Below, in pieces: positions 9,784 through 22,449 of a DNA stretch of 64,000 nucleotides. Location: positions 1-64,000 of the forward strand of contig LSRY02000069.1 in NCBI GenBank assembly GCA_001643675.2, read 5' to 3'. This stretch comes from Monocercomonoides exilis PA203 (taxonomy: Eukaryota > Protista > Preaxostyla). Under the pieces are notes generated by a model. It had not been told where the DNA came from and made no database searches. It worked only from the letters and a program-made list of their open reading frames with translations. Both the position numbers and the translations under genes were made by a program. Position 1 is the first letter of the stretch, and each line of letters begins with the position of its first letter.

Positions 9784-10071
9784 ATGGCTAGTTGGAATTT
9801 ATATCCAGATACGAAATGGAAGTTTTTAGGCTGGCCAGGGAATGCAGAGAGAATTGTGCCTTATATATATTGGTATGATAGACAGCAAAAGAATGGGTGG
9901 AGATATCATAGAGCAGTGCGGCCACTTGAAGGGAAAATTGTCGCTGGACTGAGAAGACGCAACACTTTAATTAAGAATAGGTTAAGAATAGCAGGGGTGC
10001 CTCCAGACCGACACCCTGTTATGAGATGGGCACGGAAAATATTATTTAGTGAAATGTTAACGGAGCAATGA
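9784..10071 (+). CDS. Alternative 95-aa basic, Trp-rich ORF in the ORF3 position after origin 3
   Basis: Starts at the same GTGTGATCAAAA-ATG as ORF3, but the sequence differs from the ATG onward. More GC-rich than the downstream host DNA. Confidence 0.65.
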   Translation: MASWNLYPDTKWKFLGWPGNAERIVPYIYWYDRQQKNGWRYHRAVRPLEGKIVAGLRRRNTLIKNRLRIAGVPPDRHPVMRWARKILFSEMLTEQ

Positions 10072-10323
10072 AAAATCGAGTTGATCTTATTATTAATAAA
10101 CAAAATCAGCATTTGAATACAGTCTAATTCCCATATAATCACTTAGGTTTTTGTACAACTTTTCATTACTATATCCGATTGTGATTATATTCGATGTGAC
10201 TATACATAGAAAAAAATAAATATAAAAATGCTCATTTATAAATGTTGAGTCAATTTTTTCATTTTCGAAAATTCTTCAAAAGTCCACTTTTTTCATTTGC
10301 GAAAACTATTTTTCTCATAAATT

Positions 10324-10560
10324 CATATGGGTAATTCTTTTTGAAAGTCGCAAATGTTCATTTTTCAAGAATACAATAAATTCATATTTCGATCAAATTT
10401 CTGTTTCCGCTCACCAAATTTTGCAGTTAATTAAACTTATGCTTGACAATGTTACTATTTCTATTTTTGTGAGGTTTTATTCGTTGGAACAGAAATTTGA
10501 TCAAAATATGAAATTTTAATTTTATTTGAAAACAAAGCAAAAGGAACTTATCAAAAAAAT
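10324..10560. repeat. Host palindromic (MITE-like) dispersed repeat
   Basis: Inverted arms at ~10378-10408 and ~10486-10515 (TTCATATTTCGATCAAATTTCTGTT). Homologous in opposite orientation to 36436-36658. Confidence 0.65.
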
Positions 10561-10848
10561 TTAGTCATATTAAAAAGAATGAATAAATAGATGTATAGAC
10601 AGATAAACAGATTAATTATTAATTTATTAAATAAACAATAAAATAATTAAAAATAACGGGAAAAAATGATGATATTTATATCATATTTTGTCGGTTTATA
10701 TTTATTAAAACTTTGAATTTTATTTTCTGAATGATGAACAATGAAAACCTTTCATTGTTTTATAAAGATTTTGTATCAGAAAGATAATTTATAAACATGT
10801 TTCAACAAAATTTGTTTTCTTTTTCAACAAAAGACATTTTTTTAATAC

Positions 10849-10849
<1 letters not shown>

Positions 10850-10913
<64 letters not shown>
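10850..10913 (+). repeat. Poly(A) tract, ~64 nt
   Basis: Seen directly. Similar tracts at 37346-37395 (A) and ~47897-47948 (T-rich). Confidence 0.9.
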
Positions 10914-10918
<5 letters not shown>

Positions 10919-12422
10919 ATTCTTCTGTTTGATAATTTTTTCTAATAGTGTTGGTTGATATCTCATAATAAAAATAAACAGTTTTTTATATTGGAAGCAT
11001 ATTATCTTTATCGAAAACAAGCACAAATAAATTTGGAAAAATATTTTTTATTTTGCTCATGATGATAACGCATATATTTTTTTGATGAATATTTGTCGTA
11101 TACGTTCATTTTGGTATTTATTTCTCTGTTCACATTAAAAATGCAATAAATATTATGCCCCATTACTCCTTCTCATCAAATTTAAATTCAGATCAAAATT
11201 CCATAAACAAATAGAATAATAATACTTCATATTTTTGTTCAAACAAGAAGTTAAACTTCGTTTAACCTTTAAAGAGATAGCCTTTGAAATAAAATTTCTT
11301 TTCGAAAAGTTTTTCCCATTTTCTTTCATTTTCTTTCCATCGAAAGAGAAATTTGAAGAAAATTCGCTGATTGTTCTTCAAAGCAAAATTTCATGAATGA
11401 TAGGCTTTCCAGACGTTTGGGAATTTGAAAATGAGGTTTCCCAATATTTCTTCCTTTAATAATTTGAATTTCTATAAAATCATAAAAGTACTCAATTGAA
11501 AAGAAAAAGTTGCTAAATTCTCATTGAAATGCCTACTTTTATGCAAATTCCAAATGAAACATTCATCTTTCACTTCTTTCCTCCGACTCTTCTTTGTATT
11601 TGCTGCCTTTGTGTGTGCTTCTTTAGTAAATTTGGCGTGTTTCGCTTCAATAACACTTGATACGTCTGTCTTTGACTGAGTTTCGGAATTTTCACTGAAA
11701 AAAAAAAAAAAAAAAACTGATCTGAAAGAAAGAATGATAATCTTAATAAATCTTTTATGAGTTTATTGAAGAAGAAGACATTGAAGTATCATTCGTAGAA
11801 TTCGCTTCCGTGAAAATTGAATGGGGGTAATTGAAAATATGGTTAAGAAGAAGTAGGTGATGATTCAATAATTTCAAAGAAAAAGAAGAAAGGAATCATT
11901 CAACACAAATGCGCTTCAACAGAGTTGCAGTACATAAACTGAGAACTGTTTGCCTATTGATGAAACCGCTTTTGATTCATGTGCTTCATTCTTTCTATCT
12001 ATCGTTCTTTCTTTCTTTTTTTGCTATGCATATTCCGCCTGTTCGTCTCCTAAGCATACGCCTTATGTTGTCAGAATTATCACTGCTCTTTATAAAACGG
12101 ATTCAAATGACAATGTGAATCTCAGTCAAAGGAATGAGTCTGTAAATATGCTTTAAACTTATTCTCAGCTTTAAGTCTGAAAAAAAATTGTTCCATCATT
12201 TCCCTCTTCTTCCTCGTCTCCATTTGCATTTTTCGTCTTCAGCTGATGCAGCAGCAATGAGGGTGTCGAAAAATAGGAAAAAGAAAAAAAGAACAGAATG
12301 GAAGACACGTTGAATAAACACTTAAAGTTTTCTCTCACAAACACTTTGTTGTAATCAACTTCAGTGGCTTAGTTTCCAATTTCATCTTTTTTGTTTTGTG
12401 TCTGTTTAGATGCTGTACGTGT

Positions 12423-14360
12423 TCACAAGTCAGGCATCAATTGCAAGTGAGTCTGTGAAAATCTTGATGAAAAAAAATAACGAAGACAAAGAAGAAGAGG
12501 AGGAGGAGGAGAATAAAAAGATGATGAGGAAGAAGAAGGAGAAATGGTAGAAGAAAAAGAAGAGGAAGAGGAAGAAGAAGAAGAAGAAAGATGTAAAGGT
12601 GCAGTTAGCAACGTATCAGGAGAGACAATAAATCCAATTCTGATGAATTCTTGTTTGTTTGTTCGCTTCTTCCCTTCAGAATAAGAATATTGATGTTTAT
12701 TTGATTTATTTAAGAAATATTCGCATTCAGATGAAACTACTTCATTTTGTGTGTTTGGCAATGAATCTCTTATTTCTCTCTTTTCTTCTTCTTCTTCCTT
12801 GTTCTTCTTATTAAGTGCATCATCATCTTCTTGTTCTTCTCTTTCTTCTTGTTCTTCTTGTTCTTCCATTTTCTGTCTATCTTTATTTTCATTATTTTCT
12901 CTATCTGTTTCTTTCTCTGTTTCTTTCCTTTTCTCGTTCTCTTCCTTCACTTCCTCTTCTTCTTCTTCTTCTTCTTCTTCTGTTTCCTTTCTTTTTCAGA
13001 CCGAATAGATGCAATTTCCGAAAAGTTTGAAACAGAAAAAGCTCTTTTTATTCAAACAAATACAAAATAATCAGAAATGTCCAACGATAATGCATCGTCA
13101 TAATATTTTTGGTGTAGAAAATCAAATATTCCATAAAGGCTTACAATTGTATCTTCATATCCTTCTTCTTCCATCTTTTCAAGCACTTTCCATTTCGGCT
13201 CTTTTCTTTTCGCTTCTTCTATTTTGTTATCCGTCTTTTTTTTCAATTTCTTCGAAACATTCAAAAAGAAATGCAAATATTTACTTAATATTTTGTCTTT
13301 CAATGTTGAATGCCGAATCTCCTCCAAAACAGCATCAATAGCACCGCTTTTCAACTAGTCTTCAACTTTCACAACTCTATTGTATGCTGCATTTCCCAAC
13401 GGCCAAATGCACTGAAAGCGAATTCCTCTGTAATTATCCTTAGCTGCTCGATGAACCTGAACAATGCTGCTCATAAGTTCAGAACATTCTTCAATCTTCG
13501 ATCTACAATAGTTAAAACAAACTCTATTGTATTGAGCCATTCCATCAAAGCAAGCACCTTTTCCTCTTCTTTTTCTCTCTTCCAATCAACATATTTCGAC
13601 AGCTCTTCCAATTCTCTTGCTGCCTCTCTCGTAAAATGCAGTGCATTGATAATAGCATCCCCCAAGCTTTTGTCATACTCCAATCTTGCAACCAAAAACT
13701 TCCAAGAAGACTGATACGTAAGCCGGGTGAGGTTTAGATGTTCCTGATGATATTTCATGATCACTGTCATTTCATTTAAATACAGCTCTTTATCTATTTT
13801 CAAATAAAAAAAGGGGAAAAAGCCTAACAATATCAAAAAGGAAATCAAAACGTTCATACATAAAATTGGTCAACACAACTCAATGCCAATAAAGCAATTT
13901 CCACATACTTTTGGACTTTCTATTTTTCCTCTTTCTTCAATGCAGCTTTCAATAGACAAGTTGCACAAATAGAAGTCAATTTATGTGAGAAGTTGCAACT
14001 TAGAGAAATATGGCTTTCGCAAAGTTCAGCAAGCAAATTATCATTCTTTTCTTCTTTTTTCCTTTCTTCTTCAACAATCTTCTTCTCAAATCTTTTGTTC
14101 AACAGAGAATATTTAAAAAGATAACTCCGTAAGTCTTTCAACTCTATCCAATACCCAATATATTTCATCAGCAAAATAGCATTTTCCATTCGCATTTTCT
14201 TTTCTTCAATCATTTTATCAATTTTATTGAAAAAATTTTTTGTAAATATTGCATAAAGTTCTTCTTTGTCCATCTCGTCCATTAATCCGTTCATTTCTTC
14301 GATTTTCTGTCTTTGCTCATCAGTTGAGTTGTTGCTCAACTGAGAAAACAATTCTTCAAA
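12423..14360 (-). pseudogene. Degraded copy of a lineage-specific helical-repeat multigene family
   Basis: Successive ORF fragments (QKIEEMNGLMDEM..., LNKRFEKKIVEEE..., YHQEHLNLTRLTYQSSWKFL..., LHFTREAARELEEL..., GAIDAVLEEI...) broken by stops and frameshifts. Resembles, from memory, an expanded Monocercomonoides hypothetical protein family. Confidence 0.6.
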
Positions 14361-16543
14361 AAAAAAAAAAAAGAAAAGAAAGAACGAAATGCAATTGGCA
14401 GAATTCAAAATGAAAGATGTTTGCAAACAAGTGAACTCTTTTGTATTGTTAGTCTCCTGCGCCTTTAAAAATTCATTGCGTTCAAAAAAACAACACAATT
14501 TTTCACATTATATTTGAATAAGTGTATGTTTGGATAGAAGAATAAGATGAAAATATAACCTCAAAATAGTCATACAAATATTTGCATTCATACTGATTTT
14601 CTTTTTGTTGACATTCTGGCAAAGAATTATGAAGATAAACAACTCAAATCCTTTTTTCTTTATTTGTAATGGATTCCATGATCATCCGATTTGAAAGAAC
14701 TGGAATATTCCATTCACAGAATGAGAAATCCGTGAGTGAACATAACCTGTAGAGCTAGGAATATTATTTCCTGTGTGACAACAGACAATGGTGGAGATGC
14801 AATAATTTTGAAATTCTGCCTGATGATTATTGGTAATTGGATGTCCAAGGAGAATATAACAATTTCATCAATTACACAAAAAGATGTAATGTATGTATTT
14901 TGTATTGTTCTATTGATTGTGAAGATATTTCCATCTGTATTCTTTCCAAAGTGCAGGAATCCGAATTATTGTTGAAATGACCAATCTCCGCTTTGTGGAG
15001 CAATACAATGAGAATGGAGCTGATTATTATATAGACATTGGGAAATAAATGAAGTTACGCAAGATACATGATTTTCATAATTTTTTATTTGGTGCAAGAG
15101 GTGAAAACAAATTCGACTAAAGTTTTATTGAATGAAGATAATAAGGAGTTCAGTGAAGGATAAATCTTCACAAAATTATATAGAATTTAGGAGCGTAAGG
15201 CAGTGGAGCAGTTTGGGTTATTTTTGGACAACGTCTGTCCATTAATATCGAGGGAAGGATATTTATCACATAAAAAAGGCAAGAATTCAACGAAAAAAAT
15301 GAGAACCCCAAAATGACAATTTAATTTTTAAGGTTTTCCTGTTTCTCGGACTGCGCCAGACGGACGTGGAAAGCAACAAAATTCTATTTGTGATTCCGCT
15401 TTTGTTTCAAAAGAGCGGAGAAACGCCAACTACGAGACATCCAATTATCGAGTATTTTTTAGCAATCGAACGGCATTCAGGTCAACCACATTTGAATTTC
15501 ATTCTTCGAAGGGACATTCATTTTGAGCGAGCAAGACGACTATCATTCGAAGTTTGCTTTCTTCGACGCCACAGGCAACTACAGAAAAATACAGAATACT
15601 TTTGATCAACCTCTTCAAGCGCAGACAGTCAGAGATTCTTTTGTTATGCTCCATTTGCGTAGCATCGATGCGGAGTTGATTTGTGGGGACTTTGTTGCTT
15701 TGTATTGGGTGCGCTGAGGGTTTTGCAGAAATTAGACAAGATGGCCATGTTTTCTCAGACGAACATTGAGAGTGGACAATTTCTCTGGCGACTGTTTAAT
15801 GTGTTTATTTCTGATTGTTATGCTGTTGGCCTGTGCTTATCTTGCGTTGTGGCTTCAAATAAGAAATGGTTTTAAAAATGGGGAATTTTTCAGATGTTGC
15901 TTTCAACCGAACATATTTTCTGGTGCTGATTGAGTTCACTATGCTTCTTGAGTGCCAACAAGAAGAATGAGCATCACGCATTCATCTTCTTTTCGTGTTA
16001 CAGCAATTATTGAAGCAGTAACATTTTTTTCATGCATAAGTGTTTCAACAGAGAGAGGTGGCTAATACAATGAGACTGGAAATTCAATTGTTTATCGGTG
16101 GAAACAGCAGTGGTGGCGCAAGAAAAGCAAAAGAATGCTTCAACCAGGTGCAGGATAATAGAGACATTTGTTGAAGCAGCAGAACTGTGAGGAAACAAAT
16201 GAAAACGAAAGAAAAAGGAAAGAACGAAGAGGAGAAAGAGAAGGAAGAAGTTTCTGAGAAATTTAGTAAAATATAAAATTGATATTTGAGAAAAGAATAA
16301 TGAGGAAATGAAAGAAAAGATGAAGAAGAATGAGAAAGAGAAATAGATGAGATAGAAGGAGAGAAAGACGATAAAGAAGAAGAAGGGAAAGAAAGGGAAG
16401 AAGATGAAGATTTTTCAAGCGATTTAAAAAAAAAAATTAGCAATCGCATGTAATTCATCATTGATCAAATGCAAAGACACTCATATATAAATCCTGTAAA
16501 AATTCATTCTCTCGTTGCTTTTTCGATGTAACTTACTCTTCTG

Positions 16544-18400
16544 CTAATTATGTAATACTGGCGAAAAAGAATTTTCATCTTTTTCTTCTTTCGCTGCATG
16601 CAAGTCTGTTAATACTTGTGGCTTCACTTCTTTTTCGATTCGGAAGCAGTTAGACAAATCAAATTCGAATACGTCGATTTTCTTGTCTTTTTCTTTTTGA
16701 AACGAAACTTTTGGGGGGAAACTTGAACGAGAAGCTGTTTGATTGTCATCTGATTTATTGTTACTGTCAGTCCCAATGACAAAAATCGAATCTTTATACT
16801 TCAAACCTTCAAGCCTTACATCAATTGACGGATTGTTTTTGCTTTTGGGTTATTTTTCAGAAAAACATCGAAGATCATTTCCAACAAATCTTTCGATGAA
16901 TCGGTGCCGTGTGATTTATATGGATTTTCATTCTCTGCCTCGTCTTTAGCGAGTTTTGTTTCTTCTTCTTAACTTACTTTTCGCTTTTATCCATTTAAAA
17001 AAAAACGAATTCAAATTCCACAAACAGCTCTTTTTGACTCATCTTCCATCTCATATAATGCTTCAAAGCTCTGCCCACCTCCACTTACCTGTTCATGTAC
17101 TGCTTTTGCTTTGTCAGTTCGTTAAGATTCATCGTTGCTGCATCTCTCAAACCAGATCCATGCATCAGCGACTTTGCTATGTTCGGCCTATCTTATTCAA
17201 GTGCAACAAGAGCAGGCTCTACGCTATTCACTTTTGCAGATGATACAGCACAATCATAAATGGAGAGACCCACAGATGAGACGGATCATGTACATAAAAA
17301 GGAATGGAAGGAGATTCCGGTTTGATGTCTGATTCAATGCCTGTTGAAGATATTAGAGAAGAGGAAATAGATTTTGATGAAGCATTCCCTTCATTATTCT
17401 AAAAGATCACTGCACCTTTCGTCTTAATGCAGAACTCTTTTACAATTAAACAATCTTCACTTTCTTCCTTCTTATAAACACTTTTCTTTCATGACTTAAA
17501 CAAAGCTCCTTCCGCCTTCTCGAAACCATTGTGTCAAGATGCTGAGGAGGCTTACGACGCATCCCCACATCCCTCCAACTGTTCAAAAATGCATAATTAA
17601 TCAGGAAGAAGCTGGAATCCTTGCATCGTTTCACAAACATGCTGAACGGCAGTATGCATCTTCGACGAAGCAGCGAATTATACGGAGAATAAAGAACGGA
17701 AGAAGTGTAGAAGAGCAAGACGAGCAATTTTCTAAAGGAAGTGTTCGTCTGAAGAAATGAGTTGACTTATTGAGTGAATTCCAGAAGAGAAGGCTTCCTT
17801 CTGAGCGAAGGACAATGAACATATATCTTTTAAATTGGACAACTGAAACTAAAGTGATGACAGCACCAATCGTTAATGACAAATCAGACACAATTGACAT
17901 CATATCTTTCGAAGTTATATTGCTTCCAGCCATCTCATAGCACTTTTTCCTTGTGAAATCCTGAAGCAAGACGAGTAATAATTTATTTTCTTCGCATATT
18001 TTTCTTCGTCTTCGCTTCTTTTGGTAATTTCAGCAAAATCAAATCGGTTCATTGATAATCTCATCGAATCTTTGCTATTGAAAGACAGACAATTTGACGA
18101 TAGCACGCTCAGCAGCAGCTGTGCCAACTTCGTTGAAAGCGGGATAAAAGAGGAAAACGACTCTTTCACTTCAAACACGGATTCGATGTCTGCTTTGCCC
18201 CAGTACTTGTTGTTGACGAAGTGCAGCGGTGAGGAAGAGAAGCTGATTTTCGCAAATAACGCTGAGCTGAACTAGGTGTTCATGCAAATTGTTAGATCAA
18301 TCCGCAATGTATAATCTTCTCCATTCAAAGATGCGATCGAAGAAGAAGGTTGTTTTTTTCAAGAATTCCTTGGATCAATAAGTCCTGTGAATGGCTCTCT
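16544..18400 (-). pseudogene. Fragmented remnant, possibly of a large surface/beta-helix family gene
   Basis: Coding-like composition with many short ORFs on the minus strand and no intact frame. Confidence 0.35.
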
Positions 18401-18885
18401 TAAGACGGAACCTCTTAGTTCCCCAAAAAAACAGGTGTCAGGAAGCACTCTTTTGTTTCATCCAATCTCATCTTCATTCAGATCTCCTTGTCTTTTTTTT
18501 CGTATTGTGACTCTTATGATGATTTTCTTGATGAAAAAGATGAAGAAAAGAGGATAATCTCCAAAGGAGAGGAAGATTTGATTTGGAAGCATATCAGGAT
18601 CTTGTTCAGTGCTTTGGGACAAATGCTAAAATACAAATAACAACAAACAAAATAAGAAATGAAAAGAAAAAAGGGCTAAATAGAAAAAATTGATGTTTAA
18701 GGATTTGAAAAATTGACAGTAGCTGTATCATTGGACGATGCCATTTTATGTTCAAATATCATTTTCATAATGTGAATTTTTACAAAATAATTTTATTATG
18801 GTCATAATCTTCTTTTTTTCATTTTTATTTTTCTTTGTTTTCTTTCAAAATAAATTGAAAAATTAAGAAGATAAGACTTTCAATA

Positions 18886-21698
18886 ATGGATTTGCAAGAT
18901 ATTCAAGAGACGAAATTTCGGCAAGCAAAACCAGGGCAATGTCATTTTTATATTCCAAAAAAGAATCGCTTTTGCTCGTTTACTCCAAGAGATGGTGAAG
19001 ATTATTGTGCAATGCATTCCCAAGGAAAAATAGTCGGAGATCAAGTTATAAAGCGTATTCCATGTCCTTTAGATCCAAAACAGTTTGCAATCTTATTTTT
19101 AATATTCATTTGTAATTCTCTTCAGTACTGTAATTGAGACAGAATTGCAAAAGCATTTAGCTAAATGCAATGCTGGTAAAAAAAGAGAAGAGAAGTTACC
19201 TTTTTTTCGAAAGGGCATCAATTTAGCTCGGAAAGTATTTAATAAAAAATCATCTTTTCCAGGAAAGGAGATGAAAAAACCTTTATTCGGACCTGTTGCT
19301 TTAAAAATTTTGAGGGCCCTTCGTCACATATCCCAAGTGAACATTGATTCACTTGATAATTACTCTCTTTGTCCGAACATTTTTGTTCGTTCTGAAAGCT
19401 TCGAAGAAATAATTTCTTCCATTCCGCAAAATGAGTATGAATTTTAATTGAATGTATCATTCCATTTCTTTGACTTTGTTCAGACGTTTTCACTTTGTAT
19501 TGAGGGAAAAACATTTATATCAGCAGAGTGCTCTTATTGAAATTGGGCGTCGAATGGGATTAATGAACATTTCAACATGTGACAAATCCAATCCAAGGAT
19601 TACCCAAGAACGTTCACTTGAAATTAGTAATGAAAAGCAGATGCTTCCACCATCTTTTAAATTTGATGCATCAAAACATCTTTTTATTGAATTCGGAGCT
19701 GGAAAAGGAGGTCTGTCTCATGCAATTTTGCTCGCATCGCCGATAGATAGAGGTATTAGTTATTAAGAACATAGTCTTTACAACAATTATATTTATGAAG
19801 TATTTTATTCCCGTCCAACATTTTTATTGATTGAAAGAGAATCCCGAAGACTTGTTCAAGACAGGCACATGAGATGGTGGATGAAGAAAAAACAAAGCGA
19901 ACAACAGATGATGCAAGTGTCAGACAATCGTACAAAGGAAGAGGATAATTTCGTTTCATGCGACAATAAAGAAAGTGTTGAAATGGAACAAACAATCGAA
20001 GAAAATGAAGAAGAAATCGTTCATCGAATTAGAATAGATATATCTGATGTGATTCTTGGAAAAATTGATGGGGTAATGGATTACATTCAACCAAAGGAAG
20101 AAATTTTATCATTGGATCAGAGCACTTCTCTTTCTCCTCCTCCTCCTTCTTCTTCTTCTTCTTCTTCTTCTTGCCCGACAACTCATTCTGCATTTGTTCC
20201 TTCTTTTTTAATATCTGAGGATGAAAAAATTGTTGAAAAGTGGATTTCTTCCTACGTGAAGAGCGAACAAGAGCGTTCTGTGGCTGAAAATGAGCAAAGC
20301 ACAAAAGAAGGTGAAAGAATAATCGAAGATTCAGAAAAAATTTTTCAGAAAGGAGAAGTTTACAAAGAGGAAATGAATGTTGAAGATGAAATGCTTTGCA
20401 ATAAAAAGGAAAAGATAATTTTAGCCAAACATGAAAAGGACGATGCTTCATGTAATTGCGCAAAGAGAAGGAAAATAGACGAATGCGATCAAATTGAACA
20501 GTTTGGAGATCCAAATATAAGCTGCTCAAATGGTTGCGCGAAATGTCAATCAAAGAATAACACAGAAAAGTACAAAGTCAAAAATAAAAAGAAACCAGCA
20601 AAAGATAATAGCGCAATACATCTTCCTCCTCATACTGGAATTGTAGCAATAGGGTGTGTTTTGATCCAATTTGAACATTAGAATTTATGAACATTATTCG
20701 AATATGCAATTTGGAAAGAGTTTTTATTGCATATATTCATTATGATTTTTTCTTTTTCTTTCATTTTTTGTATTCATTTTTAAAAATGAAAGTGCTTTTA
20801 ATCCAAATTTCATTAAGCCATTTATGTTTCTATTATTTCTGTGAACCTTATGTTTTATTTTTTTTACGTAACAATGATTGAATTTTTAATTGCTTTCATA
20901 TTCAGCAAGCATCTTTGTGGAGGAGCAACAGATATTACACTTAGAGCTCTGGAAAACTTTGTTGGAGGCGAAAAGCAAAATGAAGAAAATGCGAATGAGA
21001 AAAAAGATGGAATAGAAACATCAAGTGGAAGTGAAGACGAGCTTAGGAAAGAAAGCGAGAAGTTCAATTGTAACAGGAGATTAGACATGCTTCGGGGCAT
21101 AATGATTGCAACATGCTGTCATCACAGATGCACATATGATCAATACATAAGTTTGCTTTCCTTATTTGAATATCGAAATAATGTTTTGATGAATTGCGTC
21201 TCATTATTAATTGTGACTACGGATAGATCCAACATATCTCGAAGAATATGATATTGGTGAAGAAGAATTTAAGGTGATTACTCGAATGGCTGCTTGGGGG
21301 TGTGGTGGAGAGAAAATGAAGAAACAATTTGTTTTTGATTTGAAAGATAAAGAAGAAGGATCAAATGATCCATTGAAGCTTAAAATTAAAATCAATGAAG
21401 AAGTGAAAATGAACAAAGAAAAGAGAGAAAAAGAAGAATCAGACGAGTCAAGAATTGTTCAAATGAAATGCGAAGTCAGCAACGATGAAAAAGAAACAGA
21501 AGCAAATCCATCAAATCAAATACCAAAATTGAAAAAAGAAGATGAAGAAATATTTAAGCTTGTTCAAGAGTTGAAAGAACCACTTGAGTCGGATCAAGGC
21601 TTGCAGTAATTTTCTTTTTATTTTATTTTTATTTTTATTTTTTTCAAAATAAAAAAGAAAAAGAAAAAAGAAAAGAAAAAAGAAAAGAAAAAAAGAAA

Positions 21699-21756
<58 letters not shown>

Positions 21757-22077
21757 CTTTGTGATGGAAATTTTTCTTTTTTTCTTTTTAATGTGTTTCT
21801 GCTTTTTTTCTGATGATATTCGATTTATTTCTTTGTTGTTATGTATTTTTGCAATATATTAGTCACTCTACACACGATAGGTAGAGCGTGCAAACTGTTT
21901 CTGGATTTTGGAAGAGTCGAAGCAATTCGGAAAATGTTTATCAAGAGAAAAAAGGAGCACACTCCATCTTCTTTAAATCCTCCATCTGTTGCAGGCATTC
22001 TTCATTACTGCCCTCAAGAAATTACACCAGAAAATACTTTGCTTTATGCAATTCTTCCACCAGATAACAGTTCTTGA
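18886..22077 (+). CDS. TRM13: tRNA:m4X 2'-O-methyltransferase TRM13 (multi-exon)
   Basis: CCCH finger CHFYIPKKNRFC..YCAMH; RIPCPLDPKH..LQKHLAKC after splicing the 43-nt intron 19083-19125; IEFGAGKGGLS; KHLCGGATD; IATCCHHRC; GRACKLFLDFGR; TPENTLL. Confidence 0.92.
21705..21753 (+). repeat. (AG)n microsatellite in a TRM13 intron
   Basis: Seen directly. Confidence 0.9.
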
Positions 22078-22449
22078 ATTGACAGAAATGATTTTGAGAA
22101 AAAACGAGCGTATTTCTGTGTTTTATTATTTTCTTTTTAATGAGCTGAGAAAAAAGCAAACACTTTTTCTGAAATGAAGTATTTTGATAAAAAATAATTT
22201 TATAACGATGAATACAAAAATGCTTAATGAGTACTGTATTTGCAAAATTATTTCTTTATTCTATATCAGCAATCATTATAAGCACTTTAATTGAAAAAAT
22301 GAAACTCATAAGATTTTTTTTGGTTCTGTGGTTGTTTGTTGTTTTTGAAGATATTTTTTTATGTTAATGGGCAAACGTATTTTTTTAAGCTTATTCGAAA
22401 AAGTTTCCTATTCAACAATCCGGTTTATAGTTTATCATACAAGTTATAT

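Larger units (their letters stand above)
3630..10095 (+). mobile_element. Endogenous CRESS DNA virus tandem array (~2.15 copies of a ~2872-bp unit, plus a divergent innermost segment)
   Basis: Direct repeats with origin-to-origin spacing of 2872 and 2869 bp. HUH/SF3 Rep on minus, Arg-rich capsid on plus, three nonanucleotide stem-loops. Flanked by telomere on the left and host-type repeats from ~10130 on the right. Confidence 0.95.

Noticed and set aside
3630-9786. Array as a Helitron, bacterial plasmid or phage contaminant
   Set aside because: There is no PIF1 helicase, and the SF3 helicase Rep with capsid and TAGTATTAC origin is eukaryotic CRESS-type. An amplification or assembly chimera cannot be fully excluded without reads.
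10850-10913. Poly(A) tracts as retroposon tails
   Set aside because: No shared upstream body or target-site duplication was recognisable between the tracts.
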